Shown here one piece after another: positions 53,339 through 63,301 of a stretch of DNA of 64,000 nt. The notes under the pieces were generated by a model. The model was not told where the DNA came from, ran no database searches, and worked only from the letters and a program-made list of their open reading frames with translations. Each line of letters begins with the position of its first letter. Position 1 is the first letter of the stretch. This DNA comes from an uncultured Thermoleophilia bacterium (GTDB lineage Bacteria; Actinomycetota; Thermoleophilia; UBA2241): assembly GCA_963702475.1 (NCBI GenBank), contig CAVPCT010000009.1:160001-224000 (forward strand), given 5' to 3'. Position numbers and translations under genes: made by a program.

Positions 53339-55412
53339 ATGACATCGACCAACACGAAGAGGAGCACGGCGCGGCGCCTCGTCCTTGCGTGCGTGCTGAG
53401 CGTGCTGGCGGCATTCTGGCCTGCGGCGGCCGGCGCGGCTGCTCCGTCATACGACGAGGCCGTGAAGCAGCTCGTCAGCCTCGGGTACCCGCAGTCTGTC
53501 GAGACGTACTTGAGCTCCCTGGGCGCCAACCCGCTCGGCTTCCGTCTCGCCGGCACCGAGGCCGAGCACGCCGCGAGCGAGTACGTCGCGGCGGAGCTCA
53601 GGGACATCGGCCTGAAGAACGTGCGTCTGGAACCGGTGCCGGTCGACGCCTACGAGCTGCTCGGGGCAAGCGTCACGGTCGGCACGCGGAGCATGACCGC
53701 TTCGCAGTTCCCCGGCATCCCCGGCACGCCGCCCGAGGGCATCACCGGCGGCGTCGTGTACGTCCACGACGGCACCGCTGCCGACTTCGATGCCGCCGGC
53801 GATGTGCACGGCAAGATCGTCCTGGTGGACTCGGCCCTGGAGTACTTCTGGCTGAACTCACCCGGCGCCGAGGCAACGGTGCGCGGCGCCACAGCGGTGG
53901 TCTACACCTACGGTCCGCACAGCTACCCCTGGTACGCCATCGCCCCAGATGCGCTGGGCACCAACGACGGCGAGTACATGGACTCGTGGGTGCCGCTTGT
54001 CTATCTCTCCCGGCAGGACGGCGACTGGCTCAAGGGGCAGCTCGAGGATGGGCCCACTACGGCGACCGTCACCAGCTCGGTGAAGGTCACGCCGCACGAC
54101 TTCGACCACCCGGAGGCCGGCGGCGTGGGCTACAACGTGGTGGCCGAGCTGCCGGGCACCTCGGACGACGACTCCTTCGTGCTGGTCACGTCGCACCTGG
54201 ACGCGCACTTCCGCTGCGGGCTCGACGACACCGGCGCCCTGGTGTCGGAGCTGACCATGGCCAAGGCCATGGTCATGAGCGGAGCGAAGCCCAGGCACAC
54301 GGTCGTCTTCCTCTTCACGTGCGGCGAGGAGTACGGCTACGGCAACGCCTACTTCGACTACCTGGCCGGAGCCTGGTGGGCCATCTCCCACACCCATCCC
54401 GACTGGGCCGGGGAGGCCGTCGCCATGCTCAACCTGGAGTGCTTCGCCCGCCCCGGCGTGGCGACGGCGGACACGACGCCCGACCTCGCGCGCTGGCTGC
54501 GTGCCGTGGCCAAGCAGAGGCCGGGATTGGTGCCGTGGGGCCTCGAGGTGTCACCCGTCAAGAGCAGCTGGGACGACGGCTGGCCCTTGCTGGCCGCGGG
54601 CGTCCCCTCCGTGACGCTGGCCGCGACGGGCGACGACTTCTGGGAGCGCTACCACTCCACCTGGGAGACCAAGGAGACCGTCGACTGGCAGTACCTCGGC
54701 AAGCTCACCCGCTTCGTCGGGGCGCTGCAGCGCAGCCTGGACACGGGCCTGCTGCCGTACGACCTGCAGGCACGGGCTCGGGGTATCAAGGCCTCCGTGC
54801 CGGCCGATGAGCTGCGCCTGGCCGGCGTGCCTGCGGCCGAAGTGAGACGCGTCACGCAGGCGGCCAAGGGCTTCACGGCGGCGGTCGACCGGTTCACCGC
54901 TCGCAAGAGCGCCATCCCGGCGTCGCGCGTGCCGGACGTCAACGAGGGCCTGCTCTCCGTGATCGACGACGTCTGCTCGAACCTCACGGGGCTCAGCGCC
55001 TGGGAAGACACCGTGTACCCGCACCAGCAGGTGCTGTGGGACGTCCTCAGTCTCAACGCCACGCTGGCCGAGCTCGACCGCGCGACCCCGCGTCCGCAGA
55101 AGGCGCTCAAGGCGCTCACGAACGTCGGCAAGACAGCATACGGCCTGGCGTTCAGTCCCGAGGTGTACGCGCAGGACCTCGAGCGTCTCGAGCCCGACTA
55201 CCCGGTGCTCACGTGGGGCGCGCTCGGCCACCTCGCGCCCCAGCTCAACGTTCTTGAGCAGTACCGCATGATCGAAGCGGGGCAGTACGCGTCCGCAGTC
55301 GGCGGAGCTCAAACCGATGCGGGATGCCGACCGCACCGAGCTCGTGGCGCGGGTCAGGAGCCTGGACTCGCTGCTGCGGAGTCTCACCAGGCAGGTGAAC
55401 GCCCTGCGCTGA
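53339..55412 (+). CDS. Secreted M28-family peptidase with PA domain, frameshift near 55300
   Basis: Signal peptide; YNVVAEL, SHLD, DDTG, GEEYG, NLE, YHSTWET; the probable true tail ...RQVNALR* is in another frame. Confidence 0.8.
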
Positions 55413-55447
55413 TGGGCGGTGCCACCGGCGTCCGCGCCGGCACGGGT

Positions 55448-55496
55448 CCGGAGACACGAGAGAGGCGCCCGCGAGGGCGCCCCTCCCGTGCTCCGG
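55448..55496. terminator. Hairpin between convergent genes
   Basis: GGCGCCC-GCGA-GGGCGCC core with extended flanking pairing. Confidence 0.45.
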
Positions 55497-55518
55497 CTCT
55501 GTCTCGCCTGCCGGTGGA

Positions 55519-56638
55519 CTACTTGCCCTGCACCGAATCGACCATCGCCTTCACGTTCTCGAACTTGGCGTTGGGCGGGATGGCGCAGCCCATCGCCATG
55601 ATGAACCCGTCCGGGCCGACCTCGGTCGAGCAGCCGGTCGCAGTAGGCCTTGACCTCGTCCACCGTGCCGAGCGTCAGCATCGCCGGTGGCACGTCGCCC
55701 ATCAGGCACATGTGGCCGCCGAGGACCTTCTTGGCGCGGAAGAGGTCGGTCTGCCCGTCGGTCGCCAGCACGCACGTCCGCGCCGGCAGCTCCAGCAGAC
55801 GCTCGATCTCGCGGTCCCAGTCGGCGTCGTAGTGCAGCATCGGGATGCCGCCCTCCTCGGCCACGATCTCCACGAGCTCCTTCATGTACGGCCAGACGAA
55901 GCGGTCCCAGAGTTTGGGGGAGAGGAACTGCGGCGCGGTGCGCCAGCTCCCGACCCAGTAGCCGAACGGCCCGATGGCGCGGATCATCTGGCGCGTCTGC
56001 TCGCGCTTCTCGGCCATGATGGCCTGCATCACCGCCTCGACCTTGTCCGGACGCGTGAACAGGTCCATGGTGAATTCCTGGATGGTGCGGCCGCCGCAGA
56101 GGTGCTCGTACGGGTGGTCGACGGTCGAGGCGCTGAACACGACGTAGCCGCGCCCCATGAACTCGCCGACCCAGCGCGGCCCCTTCTGCTGAAGCTGCGC
56201 GCCGGCCGCGGCGGCCTCGCCCAGGTACGTGCCGATGTACTGCCCGAACCACGGACCCCAGCCCATCTCCAGGATGCGGTCGTAGTCCTGCGGCTGGATG
56301 CGGACCTGCTCGTCGAGCTGCCAGAGGGCGTCGTCGGGCAGGTCGCGGCCGGGGAGCTTCATCGGGGCCAGCCAGAGCATCCCGAGGATCGCGGGGGCAT
56401 AGCTGGCCCACTGCACGGAGTCGACGTCGCCGAGCTTCTCCGTGGCGGCGAGCATCGTCTGGCCGGCCACGTCGAGGTCGGCGCAGAACTCCGAGTACTT
56501 CACGCCCATCGTGTTGCAGGCAAAGGTGTCCAGGACCAGGGAGAGCGGCACGCGGTCGGGCGTGCCGCAGTGGATCGCGGTCTGGATGCGGCCCATGCGC
56601 TCGAGGAAGAGCGGGTTGGGGGGCGGTGTCTCGGCCAT
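55519..56638 (-). CDS. UroD-fold corrinoid methyltransferase, frameshift near 55626
   Basis: TPDRVP, DRFVWPYMKELV, LHYDADW, CLMGDVP, then GFIMAMGCAIPPNAKFENVKAM in the shifted frame. Confidence 0.8.
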
Positions 56639-56639
56639 G

Positions 56640-57272
56640 TCAGCTCACCCCCAGCACGCTCTTGGCGACGGTCACGCCGTCCTGCGCTGTCTTGCAGTAG
56701 TGGTCGGCGCTCACGTAGCGGGCGGCCTCCTCGGTCATCGGGCCGCCCCCCACAAGGATCGTGACCTTGTCCCTGAGGCCGGCGCGCTCGATGGTGGCGA
56801 CGGCCTCCTTCATGCCGTCGAAGACGGTGGTGAGCAGGGCGGACATGCCGACCAGCGTCGCGTGGCTCTCCTGGATCGCGTCGACCCAGTCCTGGTGGTC
56901 GACGTCAACGCCCAGGTCGACGACCTTGATGCCGTTGGACGACAGCACCGTGCCGGCGATGTTCTTGCCGAACTCGTGGATGTCACCCTTCACGGTGCCG
57001 AGCACCATGGTGCCGACGGCGTTCCCGGATGCGTCGGCGAGCGCGTCCTGCAGAGGAGCGCTGGCCTGCTTGAAGATCTCGCCCGCGTAGATGAGCTCCG
57101 ACAGATAGTACTCGCCGGCCTCGAACCGGTCGCCGACGACGGTCATGCCCTCCTGGAGCTCCCCCAGGATGGCCATGGGCGCCTCTCCCGCGGCCAGCTT
57201 CTCCCGGACGAGGCCCGTCGCCTCGTCCGGCTGCAGGTCGCCCATCGCCTGGGCGAGTGGGGAGCGTGTCAT
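56640..57272 (-). CDS. Corrinoid methyltransferase protein
   Basis: GTVKGDIHEFGKN, DLGVDV, VGMSALLT, LVGGG. Confidence 0.92.
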   Translation of the reverse strand: MTRSPLAQAMGDLQPDEATGLVREKLAAGEAPMAILGELQEGMTVVGDRFEAGEYYLSELIYAGEIFKQASAPLQDALADASGNAVGTMVLGTVKGDIHEFGKNIAGTVLSSNGIKVVDLGVDVDHQDWVDAIQESHATLVGMSALLTTVFDGMKEAVATIERAGLRDKVTILVGGGPMTEEAARYVSADHYCKTAQDGVTVAKSVLGVS

Positions 57273-57415
57273 GAAACCCCCTTCATCTGTGGTCCCGGTC
57301 GCGTATGGTACAACTGGAAACGTTGACTAGAATGCTACCATGTACACTACGCTGCGGTGTGGGTCAAGGACCCCATCGGCGCTGGAGCAGGCCGGGACGG
57401 AGCTGGGGGAGGGGC

Positions 57416-58345
57416 GTGCGAGCGCTGACGATAGGCGAGCTCGAGCGGGAGAGCGGCGTACGCCGCCGCACGATCTACTACTACGTGCACCATGGGCTGC
57501 TGCCCGAGGCGCAGAAGTCCAGCCCGAGCCGCGCTCTCTACACCGAGGCCCACCTCGCGCTCCTGCGCGACATCGAGGAGTTGCGCACGCAGGGGCTGCG
57601 TCTCGCCCGGATCCGGGAGAGGCTGGCCGGCCGTGTGCGGGCGGCGGGAGAGAACGGGGTGGACCTGGTCGCCCTCCGCGACCAGGAGACCCGGGAGGCA
57701 ATCCTTGCCGCCGCGACCCACAGCTTCGCGCACAAGAGCTACAAGGGCACGCGCATGGCCGACCTCGTGGCCGAGCTCGGCATCACCCCGCAGCTGCTGT
57801 ACTCGCACTTCGCCACCAAGCGCGAGCTCTTCGTGGCCTGCTACAAGGTGGCCGTCCGGTACATGGCCGGCGTGGTGGTGCCTTTGGCCGGCCAGAGCGA
57901 CGACCCCGCGGTGCACCTGGTCTGGTACATGTACGCCGACAAGGGCATCAAGGCGTTCGCGCCGGACATGTTCATGCTGGCGGTAGAGGCCGCCCGGCAC
58001 GACGAGGCGGCGCGGCGCGACCTCCTCGAGGCCTACGAGACGATCTTCCGGGACCTCCTCACCGATCTGCGGCGTCTGCGCGGCGCCGACGACCGGCCGC
58101 CGTTCTCTGACGAGCTCATCAGCCACGGTCTCTTCGGCGCGTTCGAGCAGATGCTCGCACGCGCCGCGCTCGACGATGAGTACTCGTGGCGCGAGGTCGT
58201 GCGGACGACCCTCGGCATCTTCCTCGCCGTCGCCGCCGGGTACGGCGGTGACCTCGACCTGGGCGCCTTGGTCGCGCGCTACGACACCCTGCTCGACGAG
58301 GTCGCCGAGCTCCCGCCGCCGGTGCCGCTCGAGCTGCAGACGTAG
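57416..58345 (+). CDS. MerR-HTH + TetR fusion regulator (copy 3)
   Basis: LTIGELERESGVRRRTIYYYVHHGLLP + TREAILAAATHSF...LYSHFATK. Confidence 0.85.
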   Translation: MRALTIGELERESGVRRRTIYYYVHHGLLPEAQKSSPSRALYTEAHLALLRDIEELRTQGLRLARIRERLAGRVRAAGENGVDLVALRDQETREAILAAATHSFAHKSYKGTRMADLVAELGITPQLLYSHFATKRELFVACYKVAVRYMAGVVVPLAGQSDDPAVHLVWYMYADKGIKAFAPDMFMLAVEAARHDEAARRDLLEAYETIFRDLLTDLRRLRGADDRPPFSDELISHGLFGAFEQMLARAALDDEYSWREVVRTTLGIFLAVAAGYGGDLDLGALVARYDTLLDEVAELPPPVPLELQT

Positions 58346-58428
58346 ACCGGCGGTCGCTCGGCGACCGCCGCCACTTCATGCCTGCCGTCGCCGCCTATCG
58401 CGGCGCGAGACCCTCGTCACCTGCTCTC

Positions 58429-58463
58429 TTGACAACATCTCTAGTCCTCGTTTAGAAACGTTG
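58429..58463 (+). promoter_or_regulatory. Promoter of the second ferredoxin/flavoprotein pair, same architecture as 39418
   Basis: TTGACAA-N5-CTA-N7-TTTAGA-A-ACGT-TG. Confidence 0.55.
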
Positions 58464-58533
58464 CACTCGACCGCGACAAGCCTGCTCGCGCTCGTCCGTC
58501 CACATCGACACCACGTGCGAACGGAGGGGTTCC

Positions 58534-58755
58534 TTGAACGCCATCGCCATCGACCGTGACGCCTGTACCAGCTGCCAGACCTGCTACGAGGTCTGCTTCA
58601 TGGACGTCTTCCGCTGGGACGACGCCGAAGACCAGCCCGTCGTGGCCTACGCGGAGGATTGCGTCGGCTGCAACAAGTGCGAGCTCGAGTGTCCTGCCGA
58701 GTGCATCGCGGTGATCATCGACTTTGCCGGCATCTACTGGCCGGAGGTGGTGTGA
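58534..58755 (+). CDS. 2x[4Fe-4S] ferredoxin (AprB-like)
   Basis: CTSCQTCYEVC and CVGCNKCELECP; paralog of 23275. Confidence 0.9.
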   Translation: MNAIAIDRDACTSCQTCYEVCFMDVFRWDDAEDQPVVAYAEDCVGCNKCELECPAECIAVIIDFAGIYWPEVV

Positions 58756-58756
58756 G

Positions 58757-60469
58757 GTGGCGACCCTGGACTCTCTCGGCACCGTGTTCAGCGCCGACCT
58801 GCTGGTCGTCGGCGGGGGCATCGCCGGCCTCTCGCTCGCGATCCGCGCGAAGGAACTCGACCCCGAGGTCGACGTGCTCGTGCTCGACAAGGTCGTCAGC
58901 GGCTGGGGCGGCAAGGCCAACAAGGGCGGCGGCAACATCGTGTTCATGGACGCGGCCGCCGACAAGGTCCTCGACTTCCACGTGAACAACGTCGGCGAGT
59001 ACCTCGAGGACCAGGACCTGCTCCAGAAGTTCGCCGAGGAGTCGCGGCCGGACCTGGAGCGCCTCGAGAGCTGGGGCGTGCACATCTATCGCGACGACGC
59101 CGGCGAGCCCAGGTACGTGCGCTGGCTGCCGGAGCACCCCTGGTGCCTCGCCGTCCTGGACCAGGACCTCACGCTGAACCTCGCCAAGCACGCGCGCAAG
59201 CTCGGCGTGCGCTTCCGCGACCGCGTCGAGATCGTCGACCTGCTCAAGGACGGCGAGCGCGTGTGCGGGGCGATCGGCTTCGGCATGGTCGAGGGCGAGT
59301 GCGTCATCGTCCGCGCCGGCGCGGTCGTCCTCGCCAACGGCAACCAGTGCTTCAAGCTCATGCCGCGCTGGTCGAGTGCCGGCGGCGAGGGCATCGCCGC
59401 GGCCTGGCGCGCCGGCGCCGTCATGCGCAACGCCGAGTTCGGCAACTTCATCAACTGGGTCTTCGCCGACACCAAAGAGGTCTGCCAGGGTGCCGAGGAC
59501 TGCCTCTACAACGCCAAGGGCGAGAACATCTCCAAGCGCGTGCGGCCCACGCTCGAGTCGGACGTGCACTCCAAGGAGGTCGTGGAGTGGTGGAAGGAGA
59601 TGAAGGCCGGCAACGGTCCCATCGTCGCCAACATGATCGAGAACTACGTGAACAACGAGATCGTGCCGGCCTTCCACGAGGACAAGCTCGCGGTCAGGCC
59701 GGTCTCGATGAAGTTCTGGGGCCTCACCATCGGCAAGGCCATGGCGGCCGCCACGGTCAAGGGCCCCATGCAGCCGGTCATGCCCGGCCTCAACGCCGAG
59801 CTCTCGCCGGTCAAGGTCGACCACCTCATGGCGACGACGGTCTCCGGCCTCTTCGCTATCGGCGACACCGGGTACGGCGGCTCGTGCATCGCCGGCGCGG
59901 TGCCGGCGCCGCCCGGCCGCATGCGTGGCTCGGGCCTGGGCTTCGCCGTGTTCAGCGCCGTGCAGTGCGCGCCGGCGGCCGTGGCCGCGGCCAGGGCCGG
60001 CGCGGGCGCGCCTGACGCCGGCCAGGCCGAGGCGCTCAAGGCGCGCATCGTGGCGCCGCTCGGGCGCAGCGGCATGCAGCCTGTCGAGATGGTCCACGCC
60101 GTGCAGGACGCCATGGTCCCGGTCGGCTACAGCATCTACAAGAGCGCCGACCGCATGAGCGAGGCCCTCGACAAGGTCCTCGCGCTCAAGGAGCAGGTGC
60201 CGCAGCTCTCGGCCGGCGACCCGCACCACCTGGCCGCGTGTCACGTCGCTGAGGCCATGGTGCTCGGGGCGGAACTGTTCTACAGGGCGTCGCTGGCCCG
60301 TGAGGAGACGCGCGGCTGGCACCTCCGCGAGGACTTCCCCGAGCGCGACGACGCCCACTTCCTCAAGTGGATCGAGATCCGCGATGTCGCCGGGGAGATG
60401 GCGCTCTCGCTCGAGGACGTGCCGGTCAGCACCTATCCGCTGCAGCCGGGCGCGGCTGACGCCGTCTGA
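58757..60469 (+). CDS. SDH/Frd/AprA-superfamily flavoprotein, paralog of 23526
   Basis: LLVVGGGIAG, GWGGKANKG, AWRAGAVMRNAE, PGRMRG, REETRGWHLREDFPERDD. Confidence 0.85.
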   Translation: MATLDSLGTVFSADLLVVGGGIAGLSLAIRAKELDPEVDVLVLDKVVSGWGGKANKGGGNIVFMDAAADKVLDFHVNNVGEYLEDQDLLQKFAEESRPDLERLESWGVHIYRDDAGEPRYVRWLPEHPWCLAVLDQDLTLNLAKHARKLGVRFRDRVEIVDLLKDGERVCGAIGFGMVEGECVIVRAGAVVLANGNQCFKLMPRWSSAGGEGIAAAWRAGAVMRNAEFGNFINWVFADTKEVCQGAEDCLYNAKGENISKRVRPTLESDVHSKEVVEWWKEMKAGNGPIVANMIENYVNNEIVPAFHEDKLAVRPVSMKFWGLTIGKAMAAATVKGPMQPVMPGLNAELSPVKVDHLMATTVSGLFAIGDTGYGGSCIAGAVPAPPGRMRGSGLGFAVFSAVQCAPAAVAAARAGAGAPDAGQAEALKARIVAPLGRSGMQPVEMVHAVQDAMVPVGYSIYKSADRMSEALDKVLALKEQVPQLSAGDPHHLAACHVAEAMVLGAELFYRASLAREETRGWHLREDFPERDDAHFLKWIEIRDVAGEMALSLEDVPVSTYPLQPGAADAV

Positions 60470-60544
60470 TGGAGAAGACGCTCATCGCCGGGGGCGACCC
60501 GCACGGCCCGGCGGCGCCGGGGAAGCCCTGAACGGGGACGCGCG

Positions 60545-61474
60545 ATGCGCGTTCTCAGCATAGGCGAGCTGGAGGCCGCCAGCGGCGTCTCCAGGCAGGC
60601 CATCTACTCCTACGTGCGCGCCGGCATGCTGCCGGCCGCCCAGAAGGCGAGCCCCAGCCGGGCGCTGTACACCGATGACCACCTCGCTCTGCTCGAGGAG
60701 ATCGAGGAGCTCAGACGGCAGGGGCTGCGCCGGTCGGTCATCAAGGCCAGGCTCGAGGGGCGGGTCCGCGAGGCCGGCAGCAACGACGTCGACCTCGTCG
60801 CCCGCCGCGATCAGGAGACCCGCGATGCCATACTGGCCGCCGCCACTCGCAGCTTCGCGACCAGGGGGTACAAAGGGACGCGCATGGCCGACCTCATCGA
60901 GGAGCTCGGCATCACGCCACAGATCCTGTACGGCTCCTTCGCCACCAAGCAGGAGCTGTTCGTCGCTTGTTACAGGGTCGCCGTCCGGTCCATGAACCGC
61001 ATTCTCAAGCAGCGGTTCGAGGCCGTGGACGACGAGGCTGAGATACAGATCTGGGGCATGTACGCGGACACCGGCATCAGGGCGTTCGCACCTAATCTGA
61101 TGATGCTGGCGCAGGAGGCGGCCCAGCACGACGAAGAAGCGCGGCGCGACCTGCGCGAGGCGTTCGCGACCATCACCGAGCAGACGGTGCAGTACTTCCG
61201 CGGCTTGCGCCGCTCAGCGGACGACCCACCCTTCTCAGACGAGCTCGTCACGCACGCGCTCGTCGGCGCGTTCCAGCAGATGTACGCGCGCGCCGCCCTG
61301 GACGACGAGTACTCCTTGCGCGACGTGATGCGCAACAACCTCGGCCTCTTCCTGGCCGTCAGGGCTGCGTACCGGGGGGAGCTCGATCTCGGCGAGCTGA
61401 CCACCCGGTACGGAGCCCTGATCGACGAGGTGTCGCACCTGCCGCCGCCGGCTCCCGAGGAGTTCACGCCGTGA
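60545..61474 (+). CDS. MerR-HTH + TetR fusion regulator (copy 4)
   Basis: LSIGELEAASGVSRQAIYSYVRAGMLP + TRDAILAAATRSFATRGY; closely resembles copy 2. Confidence 0.85.
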   Translation: MRVLSIGELEAASGVSRQAIYSYVRAGMLPAAQKASPSRALYTDDHLALLEEIEELRRQGLRRSVIKARLEGRVREAGSNDVDLVARRDQETRDAILAAATRSFATRGYKGTRMADLIEELGITPQILYGSFATKQELFVACYRVAVRSMNRILKQRFEAVDDEAEIQIWGMYADTGIRAFAPNLMMLAQEAAQHDEEARRDLREAFATITEQTVQYFRGLRRSADDPPFSDELVTHALVGAFQQMYARAALDDEYSLRDVMRNNLGLFLAVRAAYRGELDLGELTTRYGALIDEVSHLPPPAPEEFTP

Positions 61475-61583
61475 GTCGGGGAGCCGCGCGCACCGTCGCG
61501 CCGGGCCGGGTGGCGGGCAGGGCTCGAAGGAGACATCGCTCCATGAGATGAACGTGCGGACCGGCCGACCGCAAGGAGGCTGC

Positions 61584-62058
61584 ATGTCATCAGGACTCAC
61601 CGACGCGATCCTCGCCATGGACGAGGCCGAAGCCCTTCGCCTGGTCACGGAGATGCTCGACAGCGGCGCCGATCCCGACGCTGTGCTCGACGAGGCCTAG
61701 AGAGCCATGACCGAGCTCGGCGACCGCTTCGCGCGCGAGGAGGCTTTCATCCCCGAGCTCATCATGGGCGGCGAGATCATGAAGGGCATCGCCGCCCTCC
61801 TCAAGCCGCACCTCGGGGCCACGGCCGAGACGCAGAAGCGCGGCACGATCGTCCTCGGCACCGTGCACGGCGACATCCACGACATCGGCAAGGACGTCGT
61901 CGTGATGCTTCTGGGGCGACGTCCCAGGCTCGCCGATGGTCACTGGCGCGCCCGCTGAGGTCAGGGACTATGCCAAGGTGGTCATCGACGACTTCGGCGA
62001 GACCGGCGGGCTCACCATCGACGGCGCCAACTCCATCACCGATGAGGCCCGGCCGGGC
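61584..62058 (+). pseudogene. Decayed corrinoid protein gene fused by deletion to the 3' end of a UroD-fold methyltransferase gene
   Basis: In-frame TAG at 61698; after GDIHDIGKDVVVML the DNA switches near 61906 to a FWGDVPGS...IDDFGETGGL.IDGANSIT tail homologous to 47368-47520. Confidence 0.85.
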
Positions 62059-62059
62059 C

Positions 62060-62266
62060 TCAGCGCATCAGCAGGAAGAAGTAGGCAAGAAACCCGACGA
62101 CGCCGGTGACGACTACAGCCGTCATCACCCCGACCCAGAGGAGCAAGAGCACGCGACGCCAGCGGTGCCCGTGCACGGCACCGGCGTCGTCGATCTCGCC
62201 GCAGACGCCCTCGCGGCTCTCCGCGCGAGCCTGTGACCCCTCAGCCTGTGCATCCCCCTGGTCCAC
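62060..62266 (-). CDS. Small hypothetical membrane protein
   Basis: C-terminal hydrophobic helix VLLLLWVGVMTAVVVTGVVGFLAYFFLL. Confidence 0.45.
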   Translation of the reverse strand: MDQGDAQAEGSQARAESREGVCGEIDDAGAVHGHRWRRVLLLLWVGVMTAVVVTGVVGFLAYFFLLMR

Positions 62267-62349
62267 TTCGCCTCAGTATGCCGCCACGGAGAGGGCCGGC
62301 CGGCCGACCGGCACTGCCGCCGTCCGTTCGGGTCTTCTCACCCCTCACA

Positions 62350-62376
62350 CGAAGAAGCCCCGCCGAAGGCGGGGCT
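62350..62376 (-). terminator. Intrinsic terminator of rpmB
   Basis: AGCCCCGCC-TTC-GGCGGGGCT followed by TCTTC on the minus strand. Confidence 0.65.
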
Positions 62377-62415
62377 ACCCTGCCGCGCGGCGGCGGCGTG
62401 ACGTATCCGTGAGGC

Positions 62416-62607
62416 TCAGAGAGCCTTGGTCACCCTGCCCGATTTGAGGCAGCGGGTGCAGACGTAGGCGTTCTTTGGACGGCCGTCAACGAGAATGCGG
62501 ACACGCTGCAGATTGGGCTCGAAGCGGCGCTTCGTGACGCGGTGCGAGTGGCTCACGTTGTGGCCGACCACAGGCGCCTTGCCGCAGGTCGTGCAGACTT
62601 TGGACAT
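62416..62607 (-). CDS. rpmB: 50S ribosomal protein L28 (Zn-ribbon form)
   Basis: MSKVCTTCGK...GHNVSHSHRVTKRRFEPNLQ...VCTRCLKSG. Confidence 0.97.
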   Translation of the reverse strand: MSKVCTTCGKAPVVGHNVSHSHRVTKRRFEPNLQRVRILVDGRPKNAYVCTRCLKSGRVTKAL

Positions 62608-62718
62608 GGGTGGTTCCTCGCTTGATAGGGCGACAGCTGCGCTAGTATGCTGCACCACGTCGGGCAACGCAAACGCGGGGCCCTCGTCTTGCGCCGGCAT
62701 CACAGACCAGCGAGGCCC

Positions 62719-62925
62719 ATGGCAGCGTTCAGCAAAGAGATGTCCATCTTCGAAGCGCTCGCCGCCGACTCCCGCGCGCGCGGCATCTTCGAGAGCCACG
62801 GCATGGCCTGCTGCCTGTGCATCGGCGCCCAGTCGGAGAGCATCGAGGCCGGCGCCATCCTCCACCAGGTCGACCCCGACCTCGTTGTGCGCGAATTGAA
62901 CAGCCTGGCGCCGGACGGGTGCTGA
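62719..62925 (+). CDS. DUF1858-like small Cys-containing protein
   Basis: MSIFEAL...IFESHGMACCLC..AQSESIEAGA..H.VDPD.VVRELN. Confidence 0.75.
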   Translation: MAAFSKEMSIFEALAADSRARGIFESHGMACCLCIGAQSESIEAGAILHQVDPDLVVRELNSLAPDGC

Positions 62926-62935
62926 GGCCGGGTCA

Positions 62936-63301
62936 GTGTCTGCCGTCGACCTGCACATCCCTTTTTCGTCCCCGGGCCTCGCCGGCGGCATCACCATAGC
63001 GCACCAGGTCATCGCCAAGCTCGCCGGCAAGGCGGCCCGCGCCACGTACGGCGTGGTCGCCATGCAGGAGAAGCCCATGCGTCGCCTCAGCCACTTCCTG
63101 CGCAGCTCCTTCCTCGACGGCGTCGAGGTCGCCGTCCAGGACGGCCGGGCCAACATCGCCCTGCACGTCGTCATGGAGCGCGGACTCAACCTCGCCCAGG
63201 TCACGGCGAACCTGCGTGAGCAGGTCAGGTACCAGGTCGGCGAGGTGTGCGGCGTCCCGCTCGGCGAAGTCAGCGTGCGGGTCGAGGACCTCCAGGATTG
63301 A
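62936..63301 (+). CDS. Asp23/Gls24 family protein (YloU-like)
   Basis: ITIAHQVIAKLAG...YGVVAM...GVEV...GLNLAQV; conserved rpmB-yloU-yloV synteny. Confidence 0.85.
   Translation: MSAVDLHIPFSSPGLAGGITIAHQVIAKLAGKAARATYGVVAMQEKPMRRLSHFLRSSFLDGVEVAVQDGRANIALHVVMERGLNLAQVTANLREQVRYQVGEVCGVPLGEVSVRVEDLQD

Noticed and set aside
53339-56764. 1141-aa ORF and the overlapping 695-aa antisense ORF (54551-56638)
   Set aside because: Both are read-through artefacts of frameshifts near 55300 and 55626; the real genes converge and end at 55412 and 55519.
61698-61700. In-frame TAG in a corrinoid-system gene as possible pyrrolysine
   Set aside because: Pyl occurs in methylamine methyltransferases, not corrinoid proteins; the paralog has Lys (AAG) here, the gene is also truncated by a deletion, and no pyl genes are in the window.
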